From the IMG/VR virus record IMGVR_UViG_3300012971_000016, positions 1 through 36,770 of that record: a stretch of 36,770 bases of DNA; one strand, 5' to 3'. Positions 1 to 9,561 of the stretch are shown one piece after another. Numbering within the stretch: the stretch's first letter is position 1; each line of letters opens with the position of its first letter. Below the pieces are notes generated by a model. The model worked only from the letters and a program-made list of their open reading frames with translations, searched no databases and had not been told where the DNA came from. Origin of the DNA: a virus. Its lineage: Duplodnaviria > Caudoviricetes. Made by a program: the position numbers and the translations under genes.

Positions 1-123
1 ACGGGTACCTCGGCACAAGTTCTCACGAGCAATGGATCGGGGTCTGCACCAACCTATCAAGCGGCTCCTTCGGGAGATGCCTTAGTATTTATTCAATCAC
101 AAACCGCATCTAACGCTGCATCT
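1..123 (+). repeat. Terminal direct repeat / circular assembly overlap (copy 1)
   Basis: 1-123 is identical to 36648-36770, and a reading frame runs through the junction. Confidence 0.97.
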
Positions 124-597
124 ATTACCTTTACTTCTAATATTAATTCTACCTATAGAACTTATTTTGTTGTTCTTTCTAACGTACTACCGGCAACGGG
201 TAATACTACGCTTCAAATGAGAGTTTCTACTGATGGTGGTGCTACCTATTTGGCAGATGCAAACTATCTGGGTATGCAACCCTATAATGCGTATAATGCC
301 ACGACGTGGACTGCCAGTGCGGTAGCGGGGGGCAGTAATCAGTGGAATGTAGTAGCTGCACAAGGTAATAGTGGGGTACCTGCTTCAGGATTTTTTTATT
401 TTTTTGATTTAACAAATGCAATACGACCTGCCTATGTTGGACTTATGTCATTTGTTCCCAATGCCGGTACATTTAGTCAAGCAGTTATTGGGGGAACTCG
501 TCAAGCTAATACGACAGTTAATGCTTTTGAGTTCTTTTATTCATCCGGAAATATTGCGACAGGTACTTTTACCGTATATGGAGTTAAAGAATCATGA
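1..597 (+). CDS. 3' part of tail fibre/spike paralog 3 (starts at ATG 36519, 241 aa across the circular junction)
   Basis: Frame continuous with 36519; ends GTFTVYGVKES like the paralogs at 35075 and 35797. Confidence 0.85.
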   Translation, partial: TGTSAQVLTSNGSGSAPTYQAAPSGDALVFIQSQTASNAASITFTSNINSTYRTYFVVLSNVLPATGNTTLQMRVSTDGGATYLADANYLGMQPYNAYNATTWTASAVAGGSNQWNVVAAQGNSGVPASGFFYFFDLTNAIRPAYVGLMSFVPNAGTFSQAVIGGTRQANTTVNAFEFFYSSGNIATGTFTVYGVKES

Positions 598-616
598 TAC
601 TTATTAAGGAGTTGTA

Positions 617-1756
617 ATGGCATATAAACGACAGAGTCCCATGCCAGTAGTTGAAGGGGGAACCGGTGATCAAACCCTGACTGCTCATGGGGTACTCGTA
701 GGAGAATCAACAAGTCCGATAACGGCACTTGCTGTTGGTACTAATGGACAAGTACTATTGGGAGCAACGGGTGCTGATCCGGCATTTGCTACCTTAACTT
801 CAACCGGTGGTACTATCACATTTACCCTTGGCGCACATAGTTTAAACCTTGAAGCCGCAACAGGAGGCGGTATGTTAATGACAACATTTACTTCATCCGG
901 TACGTGGACTAAGAATGCCAATACCGTATCCGTAACCGTTATTGGATTTAATGGTGGTTCTGGTGGTGGCTCGGGCAGACGTGCGACGTCTACTACTTCG
1001 AGTGGCGGAGGCGGCGGTGCTTCCGCCGGTGGTTGGTATATTTGGCAAGTTCCCGCTTCTATCTTTGGTGCAACTGAAACCGTAACCGTAGGGTCGGGGG
1101 GTGCAGGGGGTGTTGCCCAAGCAGTTAATAATACCAACGGTAATAATGGTGCGTTAGGTGGTCAATCTGCCTTTGGTAACTTTATGCCGGAAAGAACCGC
1201 AGCATCAATAGGAGGTGCGGGTGGTGCAGCAGTAGGAACCGGTGGAACGGGTGGTTTATATCCGTTAGTTGCATTAAGTCCTATTTCTTCTGAAGGTGCA
1301 CCACAAGGTGGTGATGGTAATAATATTGAAGGGAGTAATGCCGCGAGTGGTGGGGGTGATCCGACCTCATTACCATTTGGGTTTATTACGGCTACTGCCG
1401 GTGGTGGGGGTGGTGGTGCTGATTCGGTGGTTATTCGTTCAGGAGGAACTGGGGGCACTATCTTTAAGTGGGATACGACGACGAGTATTATAGCGGGTGG
1501 TACCGCAGGAATTGAAAGTGGCACGATTAATGGTGGTGCCGGTAATAATGCGCCAACTTCGGGTGGTTTATTTATGGGTGGCACCGGTGGTGGTGGGGGT
1601 GGTGGCCAATCGGCGGGTGCATCTGCCGGACTTGGTGGTGCTGGCGGTATACCTGGGGGTGGCGGCGGAGGCGGTGGTGGTTCGCTCAATGGTACCAATT
1701 CTGGTGCCGGAGGTGCCGGTGCTCGCGGTCAAGTGGTAGTAATAGAATATTTTTAA
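617..1756 (+). CDS. Glycine-rich tail fibre protein
   Basis: RBS AAGGAG; N-terminus MAYKRQSPMPVVEGGTGDQTL shared with 34267; FTSSGTWT plus poly-Gly domain ending VVVIEYF. Confidence 0.8.
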   Translation: MAYKRQSPMPVVEGGTGDQTLTAHGVLVGESTSPITALAVGTNGQVLLGATGADPAFATLTSTGGTITFTLGAHSLNLEAATGGGMLMTTFTSSGTWTKNANTVSVTVIGFNGGSGGGSGRRATSTTSSGGGGGASAGGWYIWQVPASIFGATETVTVGSGGAGGVAQAVNNTNGNNGALGGQSAFGNFMPERTAASIGGAGGAAVGTGGTGGLYPLVALSPISSEGAPQGGDGNNIEGSNAASGGGDPTSLPFGFITATAGGGGGGADSVVIRSGGTGGTIFKWDTTTSIIAGGTAGIESGTINGGAGNNAPTSGGLFMGGTGGGGGGGQSAGASAGLGGAGGIPGGGGGGGGGSLNGTNSGAGGAGARGQVVVIEYF

Positions 1757-1766
1757 GGGAATAGTA

Positions 1767-1931
1767 ATGAAGTATGCTATTATTAATGAAGATAATATCG
1801 TGATAAATATTATTGAATATGATGGTACCAGTAAATGGGCTCCTCCCTTTAATTGTTATATTATTCGGAGTGATGAAGCTGAGATTGGTGATATGTATCA
1901 TAAAGAGATGAATGCGTTTAGCAAAGGATAA
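1767..1931 (+). CDS. 54-aa protein, possible fibre chaperone (not in ORF track)
   Basis: MKYAIINEDNIVINIIEYDGTSKWAPP...; fills the gap after the Gly-rich fibre gene. Confidence 0.6.
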   Translation: MKYAIINEDNIVINIIEYDGTSKWAPPFNCYIIRSDEAEIGDMYHKEMNAFSKG

Positions 1932-1933
1932 CT

Positions 1934-2125
1934 ATGATCATTAAAGGTGCAGTTCAATTAGAATTAAATAAAGATAATAATCGCTTATATATATTTTCGA
2001 TTCCGTTAGGATCAGAATATACCCAAGCATACGAAGTTCTTGATGAGATGAAAGCTGCCCTTGAAAAGATGTCAGCAGATGCTGCAGCTTCAGAAAAACA
2101 AAAAACTGAAGAGATTGTATCATGA
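1934..2125 (+). CDS. Hypothetical protein
   Basis: RBS AAGGA; ATGA overlap with the next gene. Confidence 0.65.
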   Translation: MIIKGAVQLELNKDNNRLYIFSIPLGSEYTQAYEVLDEMKAALEKMSADAAASEKQKTEEIVS

Positions 2126-3588
2126 GTTTACGATTAAGTGGTATTAATCCGTTATCCTATGTTGGTGCCGAACCGTTACAACCCCCCAACCTGGTAGTTA
2201 TTCCCCGTTCACCGACTACCCGTGATTCTCAGAATTTTAATATTGGTACTTTGTGGGTCGTATTAATTCCGAGTAATCCGGCACAAGAGATCTGGATGCT
2301 CGTTAACCTGGCACAAGGTATTGCTACCTGGGTTCAACTCTATCCCGGTGCTGGCGGTGGTGCTACTGAATTTCCAACTGATGCGGGAACTGCCAATGAA
2401 GCTGGTGGGATTCTTAATGTATTTGGTGATGGAACGATTACCACATCCGGTGCCGGTAATACGATTACGATCCATGCTAACCTTGATATTGCAACTAACT
2501 TTGATACTGATGCGGGAAGCGCAGTTCCAGTGGCTGATACGCTTAATATATTTGGGGGAGATAATATTAATACGGCAGGTGCCGGTAATACGGTTACCAT
2601 TAATTTAAATACCTCTATTAGTCAACCTAATACGAATGCATCGGGAACTGAAGGATTATACTCATTAGGAAACCATAGATTTTTACATAATTTTGGCACA
2701 AGGAACACGTTTCTTGGACAAGACAGTGGTAATCAAACATTAGTCAATGCTGACGATAATACGGGAATTGGTTTTGCTGTATTACAATCACTAGTGAGTG
2801 GGGATGAGAATGTTTCTTTAGGATCAGGATCATTGTTGGATCTTCAGACAGGAAGTGATAATGTGGCCATTGGGTTTGGTGCCGGTTCTAATTATACTGG
2901 AGCTGAATCAGGCAATTTATTATTAGATAATGCCGGTGTTTTGGCTGAAAATGCGACAATTCGCATTGGAACTGCACAAACCGCCGCCTATATGGCGGGC
3001 GTTTATGGCGCTACTGTCGGTTTAACGAATCAGTTTGTTATTATTGATAATACGGGAAAACTAGGAACTGGTGGCGGTGCGGGTGGCTCGAGTGAATTCT
3101 TTTTTGCCCGTCAATCAGCAACTGCAGTTGGAGTAACGGGTAATCTTACCCAATATTCATTAGGTCAGAAAACAGTTTTATCAATTATTTATGATGATGG
3201 GGGCAATGTATATATTGGTGATGGATTAGGAACACCCGCTAGTTTTACGGCACCTTCAACGGGTAAATATTTCTTACAATTTACTTTTTGTATAGCTGCT
3301 GTTCCTGCAGCTAATTTAATTTTACTTCAACCTGCTGCTAGTATTGTTACTACTGCTCGTTCATATACCATGCAATTTCTGGGAGGATCTAACTCCTATA
3401 TTAATTTAAGTCCCTCAAGCGTCGCGATTCCAACGTATACGATAGAAACAGTCGCCGATATGACAATTGGTGATACTGCTACTTATCTTATTGAAGTTGC
3501 CATACCTACTGCAGGTGGTGATAAATTTAATGTGTTTGATGGTGGTGCTACTACTCCTCGAACTTGGATATGTGGCTATTTGATTTAG
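2122..3588 (+). CDS. Tail fibre/spike protein with adhesin-like repeats and probable beta-sandwich (C1q-like) C-terminus
   Basis: N-terminal RSPT..GTLWV..ATW motif shared with 30402; NTFLG/NTGIG/NVAIG repeats; FTAPSTGKYFLQF motif. Confidence 0.7.
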   Translation: MSLRLSGINPLSYVGAEPLQPPNLVVIPRSPTTRDSQNFNIGTLWVVLIPSNPAQEIWMLVNLAQGIATWVQLYPGAGGGATEFPTDAGTANEAGGILNVFGDGTITTSGAGNTITIHANLDIATNFDTDAGSAVPVADTLNIFGGDNINTAGAGNTVTINLNTSISQPNTNASGTEGLYSLGNHRFLHNFGTRNTFLGQDSGNQTLVNADDNTGIGFAVLQSLVSGDENVSLGSGSLLDLQTGSDNVAIGFGAGSNYTGAESGNLLLDNAGVLAENATIRIGTAQTAAYMAGVYGATVGLTNQFVIIDNTGKLGTGGGAGGSSEFFFARQSATAVGVTGNLTQYSLGQKTVLSIIYDDGGNVYIGDGLGTPASFTAPSTGKYFLQFTFCIAAVPAANLILLQPAASIVTTARSYTMQFLGGSNSYINLSPSSVAIPTYTIETVADMTIGDTATYLIEVAIPTAGGDKFNVFDGGATTPRTWICGYLI

Positions 3589-3592
3589 GAGA

Positions 3593-3880
3593 ATGATGAA
3601 AATTTCAGTTAATGATCAAGAACTTTATACCTTATCAGAAACTCAAATAAGAGTTCTTTTGGACGAGATTCCTAAAGATATATTTGAAGATGATATGAAA
3701 CGTAGATTACAGTATATTCTATTGCATAAATATCAGGAATGCTTCAGAAAATTAAAACAGCAATGGGAAGACAAACTGAGAGAACGCGGTATTAAAATGT
3801 TTCCAGCAGATCCTGATGAATTTGCTCAGTTAGTTTTTTCTCAATCTGATTATCAAAGTAGATCAGAACGAGATAAATAA
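3593..3880 (+). CDS. Hypothetical protein, last gene of late operon
   Basis: RBS AGGAG; followed by a terminator. Confidence 0.75.
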   Translation: MMKISVNDQELYTLSETQIRVLLDEIPKDIFEDDMKRRLQYILLHKYQECFRKLKQQWEDKLRERGIKMFPADPDEFAQLVFSQSDYQSRSERDK

Positions 3881-3882
3881 TA

Positions 3883-3918
3883 ATCATCCCCCGCATATCA
3901 CTGTAGCGGGGGAATGAT
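3883..3918. terminator. Bidirectional hairpin terminator
   Basis: ATCAT-CCCCCGC...GCGGGGG-A-ATGAT between convergent genes. Confidence 0.65.
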
Positions 3919-3947
3919 CATCATTACCAATAGGAGTAATAACATTG

Positions 3948-4244
3948 TTATAACTTTTTCCGTTCTTTTTCCGTAATTATCTGGGATATCTTATGGAGTG
4001 GTTTATCTTCATGATAATGAAACAATCTCAAACATTCATTGACAAACGGTTGATCACTAAAGAAATCACTAAATGCTCTTTCTAACATATCACCAATTTT
4101 AAGCCATCGTGGTTCATCTTCTTGAGATATCTGGATATAGACATCATAATTATCATTATCGTTGCTCATAACCTGACATTGTGTCTTATACGGTGCTTTT
4201 TCAAGCTTAGTGGGAACCGTATACCGTACAATAGTTTTCTCCAT
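3948..4244 (-). CDS. Hypothetical protein
   Basis: RBS AAGGA; in the leftward early operon. Confidence 0.7.
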   Translation of the reverse strand: MEKTIVRYTVPTKLEKAPYKTQCQVMSNDNDNYDVYIQISQEDEPRWLKIGDMLERAFSDFFSDQPFVNECLRLFHYHEDKPLHKISQIITEKERKKL

Positions 4245-4253
4245 ATAATCCTT

Positions 4254-4850
4254 TTATTTTTTAGCCGTTTTTAACTGTTCTTTTTTCTCTTTAATAAAAT
4301 TAAATACTTTAAAGAAAGAATGCTGAGGAAGTTCCGATAGCTTTCTTATTTTACATCCCTCAATGACCGTTCTATATAATTCAGTATACCCATCTAACTC
4401 GCGAATTAATTGATCTTCCTGTTCTTGATTTATATAGATTGTTTCAACCGGTTCCCGTTTCATTGACCGTTCACCGTCATCATCTTCATCTGATACTACG
4501 ACGCCTACCATCGATGCATAACTGTAGCGTCTCATATAACTGATATAACTTCCTAAGCTTTGTGGATCAGGTTTTAAGGGAGTTAACGGAATATAACTTT
4601 CTATCCATTGTCCGGAAGCATGCCCAATCCTGGTAAATAATACTAATTCATTCTCAATTCTTTTTGTTCCCTGGAGCACACTCAAACTATATTTAGCTAA
4701 TGCTGGTCTACTAGCTGCAACTATCTCATCAAGATCGGCATATTTTGACTTAAAGAATGGATTACTACTCGTTCTACCCGCAATACCCATCTCTCCCTGT
4801 GCTTTTGCTAATGCCGTAAATAGTTGATCTAACTGTTCTGAACTGTTCAT
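4254..4850 (-). CDS. erf: ERF-family single-strand annealing recombinase
   Basis: Motifs NPFFKSKYADL and PQSLGSYISYMRRYSYASMVGV...DDDGE. Confidence 0.92.
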   Translation of the reverse strand: MNSSEQLDQLFTALAKAQGEMGIAGRTSSNPFFKSKYADLDEIVAASRPALAKYSLSVLQGTKRIENELVLFTRIGHASGQWIESYIPLTPLKPDPQSLGSYISYMRRYSYASMVGVVVSDEDDDGERSMKREPVETIYINQEQEDQLIRELDGYTELYRTVIEGCKIRKLSELPQHSFFKVFNFIKEKKEQLKTAKK

Positions 4851-4852
4851 AA

Positions 4853-5098
4853 TTATTTTCCTTCTATTTGCTCTAGAAGTTTTAACATATTACAATAATG
4901 TTCATTTAATTTTTCAGTTAATATTCGGAGGGAAGAAATTAAGTATTTCATTTCTTCTTGTAATTCATATTCTTCTTTTTCTAAGTCATCTAATTCTGGT
5001 GATTGAGTGTTGCATAAAGACTTTATAAGTAATATTTCTTTCAATCTTTTAAAATTATAATCTATTTTATCCCTAAATTGTTTTATTAATTCTTTCAT
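4853..5098 (-). CDS. Hypothetical coiled-coil protein
   Basis: RBS AAGGA; operon position. Confidence 0.7.
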   Translation of the reverse strand: MKELIKQFRDKIDYNFKRLKEILLIKSLCNTQSPELDDLEKEEYELQEEMKYLISSLRILTEKLNEHYCNMLKLLEQIEGK

Positions 5099-5107
5099 AT
5101 AGTTCCT

Positions 5108-5431
5108 TTATGAGCAACAACCACGACTGCATTCATCATCGGCTGGTTGTAATTTTTTGTGAAGAGTACTGACATTCTGTTCATGCATCACTAATAAATG
5201 ATCAAAAAGCTTATTCATATATTGATGGTGTTTATATTTATCACGCAAGATATATTCAGCCGGTTTCAATCCATTAAGAATAGCAGCCATCTGCAGATAA
5301 ATTTCATGAATTGCCCGTGGCTCAATATGCTCTTCAATCATCTTTTTAGCTAATTTACCTAAGCGATGGAACTCATCCATTTGTGTTTCTATTTCTTTAT
5401 CAACTTCTGCTAACAAATGCGTTAATTTCAT
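5108..5431 (-). CDS. Hypothetical protein
   Basis: RBS AGGAG; first gene of the leftward operon. Confidence 0.7.
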   Translation of the reverse strand: MKLTHLLAEVDKEIETQMDEFHRLGKLAKKMIEEHIEPRAIHEIYLQMAAILNGLKPAEYILRDKYKHHQYMNKLFDHLLVMHEQNVSTLHKKLQPADDECSRGCCS

Positions 5432-5472
5432 ATCTTCTCCTATTAAGATATTAATAATATTAATAATAGCAA

Positions 5473-5503
5473 AAGTTGAATAATTATCAACTTACAGTAT
5501 AAT
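5473..5503 (+). promoter_or_regulatory. Sigma70-like promoter overlapped by palindromic operator in divergent control region
   Basis: TTGAAT(5476)-N16-TATAAT(5498); inverted repeat AAGTTGA-N7-TCAACTT at 5473-5493. Confidence 0.6.
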
Positions 5504-5532
5504 AGTTGACGTAAATTCTTTTTGAGGATACT

Positions 5533-5766
5533 ATGAATACGCCATTTAAATTTTTAATAGAGAATCAAGCATTATTAAGAAATAGATTAGAAACAATTAT
5601 ACGTAAAGATTTGGGGTCATTAATTGAATTAGCTAAAGTTATCAACATAACTCACACGACTTTAATGGCTTTTCTATTACAAAGGAAACCGGCAGATTTA
5701 ATAACACTGTGCAAAATTGAAAAATATATTATAATGAGAGAATCGTCGATAGCCGACGAAAATTGA
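5533..5766 (+). CDS. Cro/XRE-like HTH regulator
   Basis: SLIELAKVINITHTTLMAFL HTH pattern; sits at the divergent promoter. Confidence 0.75.
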   Translation: MNTPFKFLIENQALLRNRLETIIRKDLGSLIELAKVINITHTTLMAFLLQRKPADLITLCKIEKYIIMRESSIADEN

Positions 5767-5927
5767 AATAATTAAGGTTGGTATAACAAAAGAAGCGCCT
5801 CAAGAACGAATCTTGAAAGCGCCAACTTTTAACTTTTTACCCGTCACAGGTAACCCGTGAGAAAATTGAATTTTTTTTACAAACTTCAAAGTAATTCGGA
5901 ACACATAACAACCCAAAAGGAAATTAC

Positions 5928-7091
5928 ATGTTGAATTATTCTCATAGATTTCAAAGTAACAACAATTATAAACGAGTCCGTAGAAAAAATCAAGACTGGA
6001 TAAAAATAAATAAACAGTTGACTGAAGAGTGCCTCGAAGATTCGTGTAAACAACTTTCTTATAATGAACGGTTAGTTCTCAATTTTCTTCTTGGTTTAGG
6101 CAATCGTTTTATCAACATATATCCTACTCAAACCACCATTGCTTATGAAGTTGATTTAAGTCGTGAAGAAGTTAACAAAATATTATTACGATTAGAGAGA
6201 CTCGGATTAGTATTTTCTGAATATCGTCATAAAAGGAGCTGTATGTATCATTTACCTACTCTTTTTTCCCAATTGTCATTAAGAACTAAATTATCTCACT
6301 TATTTAGTGCACTTAGGGTATTTCCCTTGATCTGGTTAACAACCCTCGGAATTCCGTTCCAGTCGTATTCTACCACACAAGATATTGATAAATTTAATAA
6401 GTATATATATACAAACCGTAACTGTCCGTTGAATAACCTGCGCGCGCGCGCGAGGACAGACGAAACGGAGAAAAAGAGTATGGAAGCATATATTTCTGAG
6501 GAGGTAAAACAGTTGAAGGAGCTCAAGCTCACCCCATGGGGGCAAATTAAACTGTCCGGATTCCCTGATCAGGCACTTCTCTATGGAAAAAACCAACTGA
6601 AATATGCCCGTTCGGTGAAGAATCTGTTTAACTGGTTCTTTACGATCTGTCATGAGTACTGTCGATTAAACGGATTGACGGTTAACTGGGAACGGGTTGA
6701 TTTCTTAAAGAAAACATACGGAATGCCCGAACTGGCACCAATGACCTATGAAACCAAGCCATATACCGGCAGTGAGGCATTATCTGCTAACCCACAATAT
6801 CCAAAAAGGCCTCAAAAAGGGGATGCGCATAAACCGTACTCCGTACCGACTTCTTTTAAGCCAACCGTTCCTCTTCTTAACCGTGAAAAGGAAGCAGAGA
6901 AATTTGAGATTATGAAGCGCAATGAGCAACATGCAGAGCATATAAAGAACTTTAATCGGTTAATGGGATATCCGGAAGATCATAACCCGTTTTCTGCTTC
7001 TCCGACGCCGCCCTCTTCACCAATCGGATCTCCCCCAACCCCTACTCGTTCTTTACGGGATATTCTCCCTTATCTGTTACGGGAAGAGTAA
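5928..7091 (+). CDS. HTH-containing replication initiator
   Basis: IYPTQTTIAYEVDLSREEVNKILLRLERLGLV winged helix; RARAR linker; position before RusA. Confidence 0.7.
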   Translation: MLNYSHRFQSNNNYKRVRRKNQDWIKINKQLTEECLEDSCKQLSYNERLVLNFLLGLGNRFINIYPTQTTIAYEVDLSREEVNKILLRLERLGLVFSEYRHKRSCMYHLPTLFSQLSLRTKLSHLFSALRVFPLIWLTTLGIPFQSYSTTQDIDKFNKYIYTNRNCPLNNLRARARTDETEKKSMEAYISEEVKQLKELKLTPWGQIKLSGFPDQALLYGKNQLKYARSVKNLFNWFFTICHEYCRLNGLTVNWERVDFLKKTYGMPELAPMTYETKPYTGSEALSANPQYPKRPQKGDAHKPYSVPTSFKPTVPLLNREKEAEKFEIMKRNEQHAEHIKNFNRLMGYPEDHNPFSASPTPPSSPIGSPPTPTRSLRDILPYLLREE

Positions 7092-7489
7092 TGATCAAAT
7101 ATATCCTGCAGGGAGAACCTGCGCTGAAGTACCAGAAACGGAAGGGGAAGGGATTGGTATATGATCATGATTACCAGTTATTTCTGAATACCGTTGCTGA
7201 TCTTAAAGAGCAACATAATGGCCGCGAACTTTATCAGGGGCCACTTCAGCTGATTATTATCTTTTATTTCCCGATACCCGTTAAATACCGTAAACGTATC
7301 CCGTTACTCCGTCATAGTTGGTTTAGCAATAAGCCTGAAATAGATTTGTGTATTAAGTTTGTTTTACAGGCATGTCATAAAGTTCTCTACCAAAATGAAT
7401 CTCATATAACTGCTTTAAATGTAGAAAAATTATATCATGAGATACCACGAACTGAAATTATGATTAATGAGCTTGACATTCATATGTAA
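7091..7489 (+). CDS. rusA: RusA-like Holliday junction resolvase (degenerate active-site motif)
   Basis: GPL..IIFYFPIP, KPEIDLCIK...LYQNESHI...KLY...PRTEI pattern. Confidence 0.75.
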   Translation: MIKYILQGEPALKYQKRKGKGLVYDHDYQLFLNTVADLKEQHNGRELYQGPLQLIIIFYFPIPVKYRKRIPLLRHSWFSNKPEIDLCIKFVLQACHKVLYQNESHITALNVEKLYHEIPRTEIMINELDIHM

Positions 7490-7501
7490 ACATGTTATAT
7501 T
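7473..7501 (+). promoter_or_regulatory. Strong sigma70 promoter
   Basis: TTGACA-N17-TATATT with extended TG. Confidence 0.7.
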
Positions 7502-7534
7502 GTTATATATGTTTAATAATAATATGATGGAATT

Positions 7535-7966
7535 ATGATGAAATATATAAATCAAGAATATGCAGTAGATGAACTCATTGAAGTTCTTGAAAGCGTAAGA
7601 AGCGATACGAGGAAAATAGCTCACTCACGTTTTGATTATAAAATTGAAAATCCTCTTACTTCGACCGCTCAAGCTCTATTGGTAAAGCTTGATAATGTTT
7701 TAGTGGGAACATATCATTATATGGGAATAACTTATTTCTGGGCTCATGAATATCGACATATATTACGTGATAATTCTAAATATTGGGTTAAAATACATAC
7801 TGATTTTCTTAATGCAGGACTTAAAGTTTATGAATATTCTGCTAAACATTTAGAAATTATTAAAAGATATATCAATGTAACAGAATTAGACGAAATTTCT
7901 GCACATTGCAAAAATACACATGGTTTTATGGAGACATGTAATGAAGGTTGTATCCAAAAATTTTAA
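7535..7966 (+). CDS. Hypothetical protein (moron-like, own promoter)
   Basis: 143-aa ORF behind a near-consensus promoter. Confidence 0.7.
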   Translation: MMKYINQEYAVDELIEVLESVRSDTRKIAHSRFDYKIENPLTSTAQALLVKLDNVLVGTYHYMGITYFWAHEYRHILRDNSKYWVKIHTDFLNAGLKVYEYSAKHLEIIKRYINVTELDEISAHCKNTHGFMETCNEGCIQKF

Positions 7967-8114
7967 AGCATTTAGACTTCCCTTTGATCTTATTGAAAAA
8001 CTACGTCAATATGCTTTTGATGATCGTATATCACAACAAGAGCTTGTTATAACAGCTCTTGAAGAGTTTTTTAAAAAGAGAGAATTGTATGAAGGAAATG
8101 AAAAAAAAGGATAA
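7941..8114 (+). CDS. Ribbon-helix-helix DNA-binding protein
   Basis: FKAFRLPFDLIEKLRQYA...ISQQELVITALEEFF. Confidence 0.7.
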   Translation: MKVVSKNFKAFRLPFDLIEKLRQYAFDDRISQQELVITALEEFFKKRELYEGNEKKG

Positions 8115-8601
8115 AACCCCCCACTCTAACATAGCAAGTGAGGTTCTGCCCAATAAAGCCTGCAACTACGAAGACTATCTTGATATGTTTTCCTTTAAGA
8201 GAAAGCCCGTTCCATTAGCGTTTTTACTAGAAATAGCACAAAAAGTAATTAAATGGGCACAAGAAGAAGAGTCACTCAAGATGGATCAATTTCTGATTAA
8301 GTACGGGATAGAACAGAGTGATATGGATCGTTGGCGTGACCGGTGCCCGGAACTGAAGGATGCCTGGAAGTTTGCCAAGATGATTATTGGTACTCGGAGA
8401 GAATTAGGTGCATTAACGGGAAAACTTGACCGGAGTATTGTTGCCTTTACGATGCCCGTTTATTGTCGAGAGTGGAAAGAACAGGCAGAATGGCGTGCTA
8501 AGTTAAAACAGACCGAAACCGAATCAACCGGCCCTCAGTTTGTGGTACTTGAGAAATATCCAGATACCGTAGAAGTGCCCTCTAAGAAAGTTAAAGAATG
8601 A
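8089..8601 (+). CDS. terS: Probable terminase small subunit
   Basis: Helical pattern RWRDRCPELKDAWKFAK...RRE; upstream of TerL; start codon uncertain. Confidence 0.6.
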   Translation: MKEMKKKDKTPHSNIASEVLPNKACNYEDYLDMFSFKRKPVPLAFLLEIAQKVIKWAQEEESLKMDQFLIKYGIEQSDMDRWRDRCPELKDAWKFAKMIIGTRRELGALTGKLDRSIVAFTMPVYCREWKEQAEWRAKLKQTETESTGPQFVVLEKYPDTVEVPSKKVKE

Positions 8602-8945
8602 GTATTAAAGAATATTATCAAGCAATTAAGTTAGCAATTACTAATCGTGCTAAACTTCAAGAATTAAATGATCAATTAGAATTTTATATGCAGGAAAAGG
8701 AGCGAGTAGTATTTTCCCAAACAGAAAAATATACAGAATATTTAGCACATCTTTTTAGGTCTACGTTAACAACAGATTTTTATACCAAAGAAGATATTCA
8801 TAAGTTTGAAGAAGATTATTTCGATAAAATATTTGAGGCTAGATCAACCTGTGAATTTAACACTATAACTTTTTCTGATGGCTGTCTTTCCTCGAATCCT
8901 CTTGTTTTAAAATGTTATGGAATTTGTAAGAAAGATGAAGAATGA
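8598..8945 (+). CDS. Small protein with C-terminal 4-Cys motif
   Basis: ATGA coupling; motif shared with 9198. Confidence 0.65.
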   Translation: MSIKEYYQAIKLAITNRAKLQELNDQLEFYMQEKERVVFSQTEKYTEYLAHLFRSTLTTDFYTKEDIHKFEEDYFDKIFEARSTCEFNTITFSDGCLSSNPLVLKCYGICKKDEE

Positions 8946-9220
8946 GTATAAATCGAATTGTTCTTGAATTTAATGATAAACTAGTTTTTCTTAACCTGGA
9001 CAATAATAAACTCTATATTCCATGGGGGCATCTAGAGAACGCCGATGAAAAATATATAACAGTTTTTAAGGATATTAAGTTTCTTCCCATGTCATATGTT
9101 AAAGATTTCCATAAAGATGATAAAGCAATGACTACTAAACTAGAAGCGCTTGAGATAAAACTTTTAAATATTATTCATAAAAAATTAGAAAAAGAGTATG
9201 GCAATGAAAAAGATACATGA
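8942..9220 (+). CDS. Hypothetical protein
   Basis: ATGA coupling. Confidence 0.6.
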   Translation: MSINRIVLEFNDKLVFLNLDNNKLYIPWGHLENADEKYITVFKDIKFLPMSYVKDFHKDDKAMTTKLEALEIKLLNIIHKKLEKEYGNEKDT

Positions 9221-9410
9221 AGAGTTTCTCAAAGAACATGGTCATAAATTTACCTCTGAACAAATAGAACGTTTTAAGCAGGAATCATTAGAATCAGAAT
9301 CAAAAACTTCCTGTGATTATAATAAACGTTTTAAAGATGGATGTAATTCAACAGAAATTTTCGTGGCTAAATGTGTTGGTAAATGTAAGGAAAATAATGA
9401 GAATTTGTAA
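9198..9410 (+). CDS. Small protein with 4-Cys motif (paralog of 8598 C-terminus)
   Basis: CDYN..F.DGC.S....V.KC.G.CK. Confidence 0.6.
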   Translation: MAMKKIHEEFLKEHGHKFTSEQIERFKQESLESESKTSCDYNKRFKDGCNSTEIFVAKCVGKCKENNENL

Positions 9411-9561
9411 TAATTGTAAAAAAGAATTTTCAACTGATTTAGAATATCTTATTAATCATACGTTAGAATCAAGAAATGATCCTAAATTATGGGATAAAAT
9501 AGGAATGGGACTTATTTTAGTATGTGATACGAGGAGCACTTATGACACTCAAAACACTTGA
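9397..9561 (+). CDS. Small CxxC protein
   Basis: RBS AAGGA; MRICNNCKKEF. Confidence 0.55.
   Translation: MRICNNCKKEFSTDLEYLINHTLESRNDPKLWDKIGMGLILVCDTRSTYDTQNT

Noticed and set aside
1-123. Biological terminal repeat marking the packaging ends
   Set aside because: It lies mid-gene and is most simply an assembler overlap; true termini need read data.
685-1698. Pro-rich minus-strand ORFs (also 2340, 30554, 31310, 33486, 34335)
   Set aside because: Antisense shadows of Gly/Thr-rich fibre genes.
5767-5927. tRNA or ncRNA in the intergenic hairpins before the initiator gene
   Set aside because: Short hairpins only, with no cloverleaf or recognisable motif; no tRNA or rRNA seen anywhere in the window.
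6440-6452. (CG)n run as a special element
   Set aside because: Encodes the RARAR linker common in phage replication initiators; no iteron array evident.
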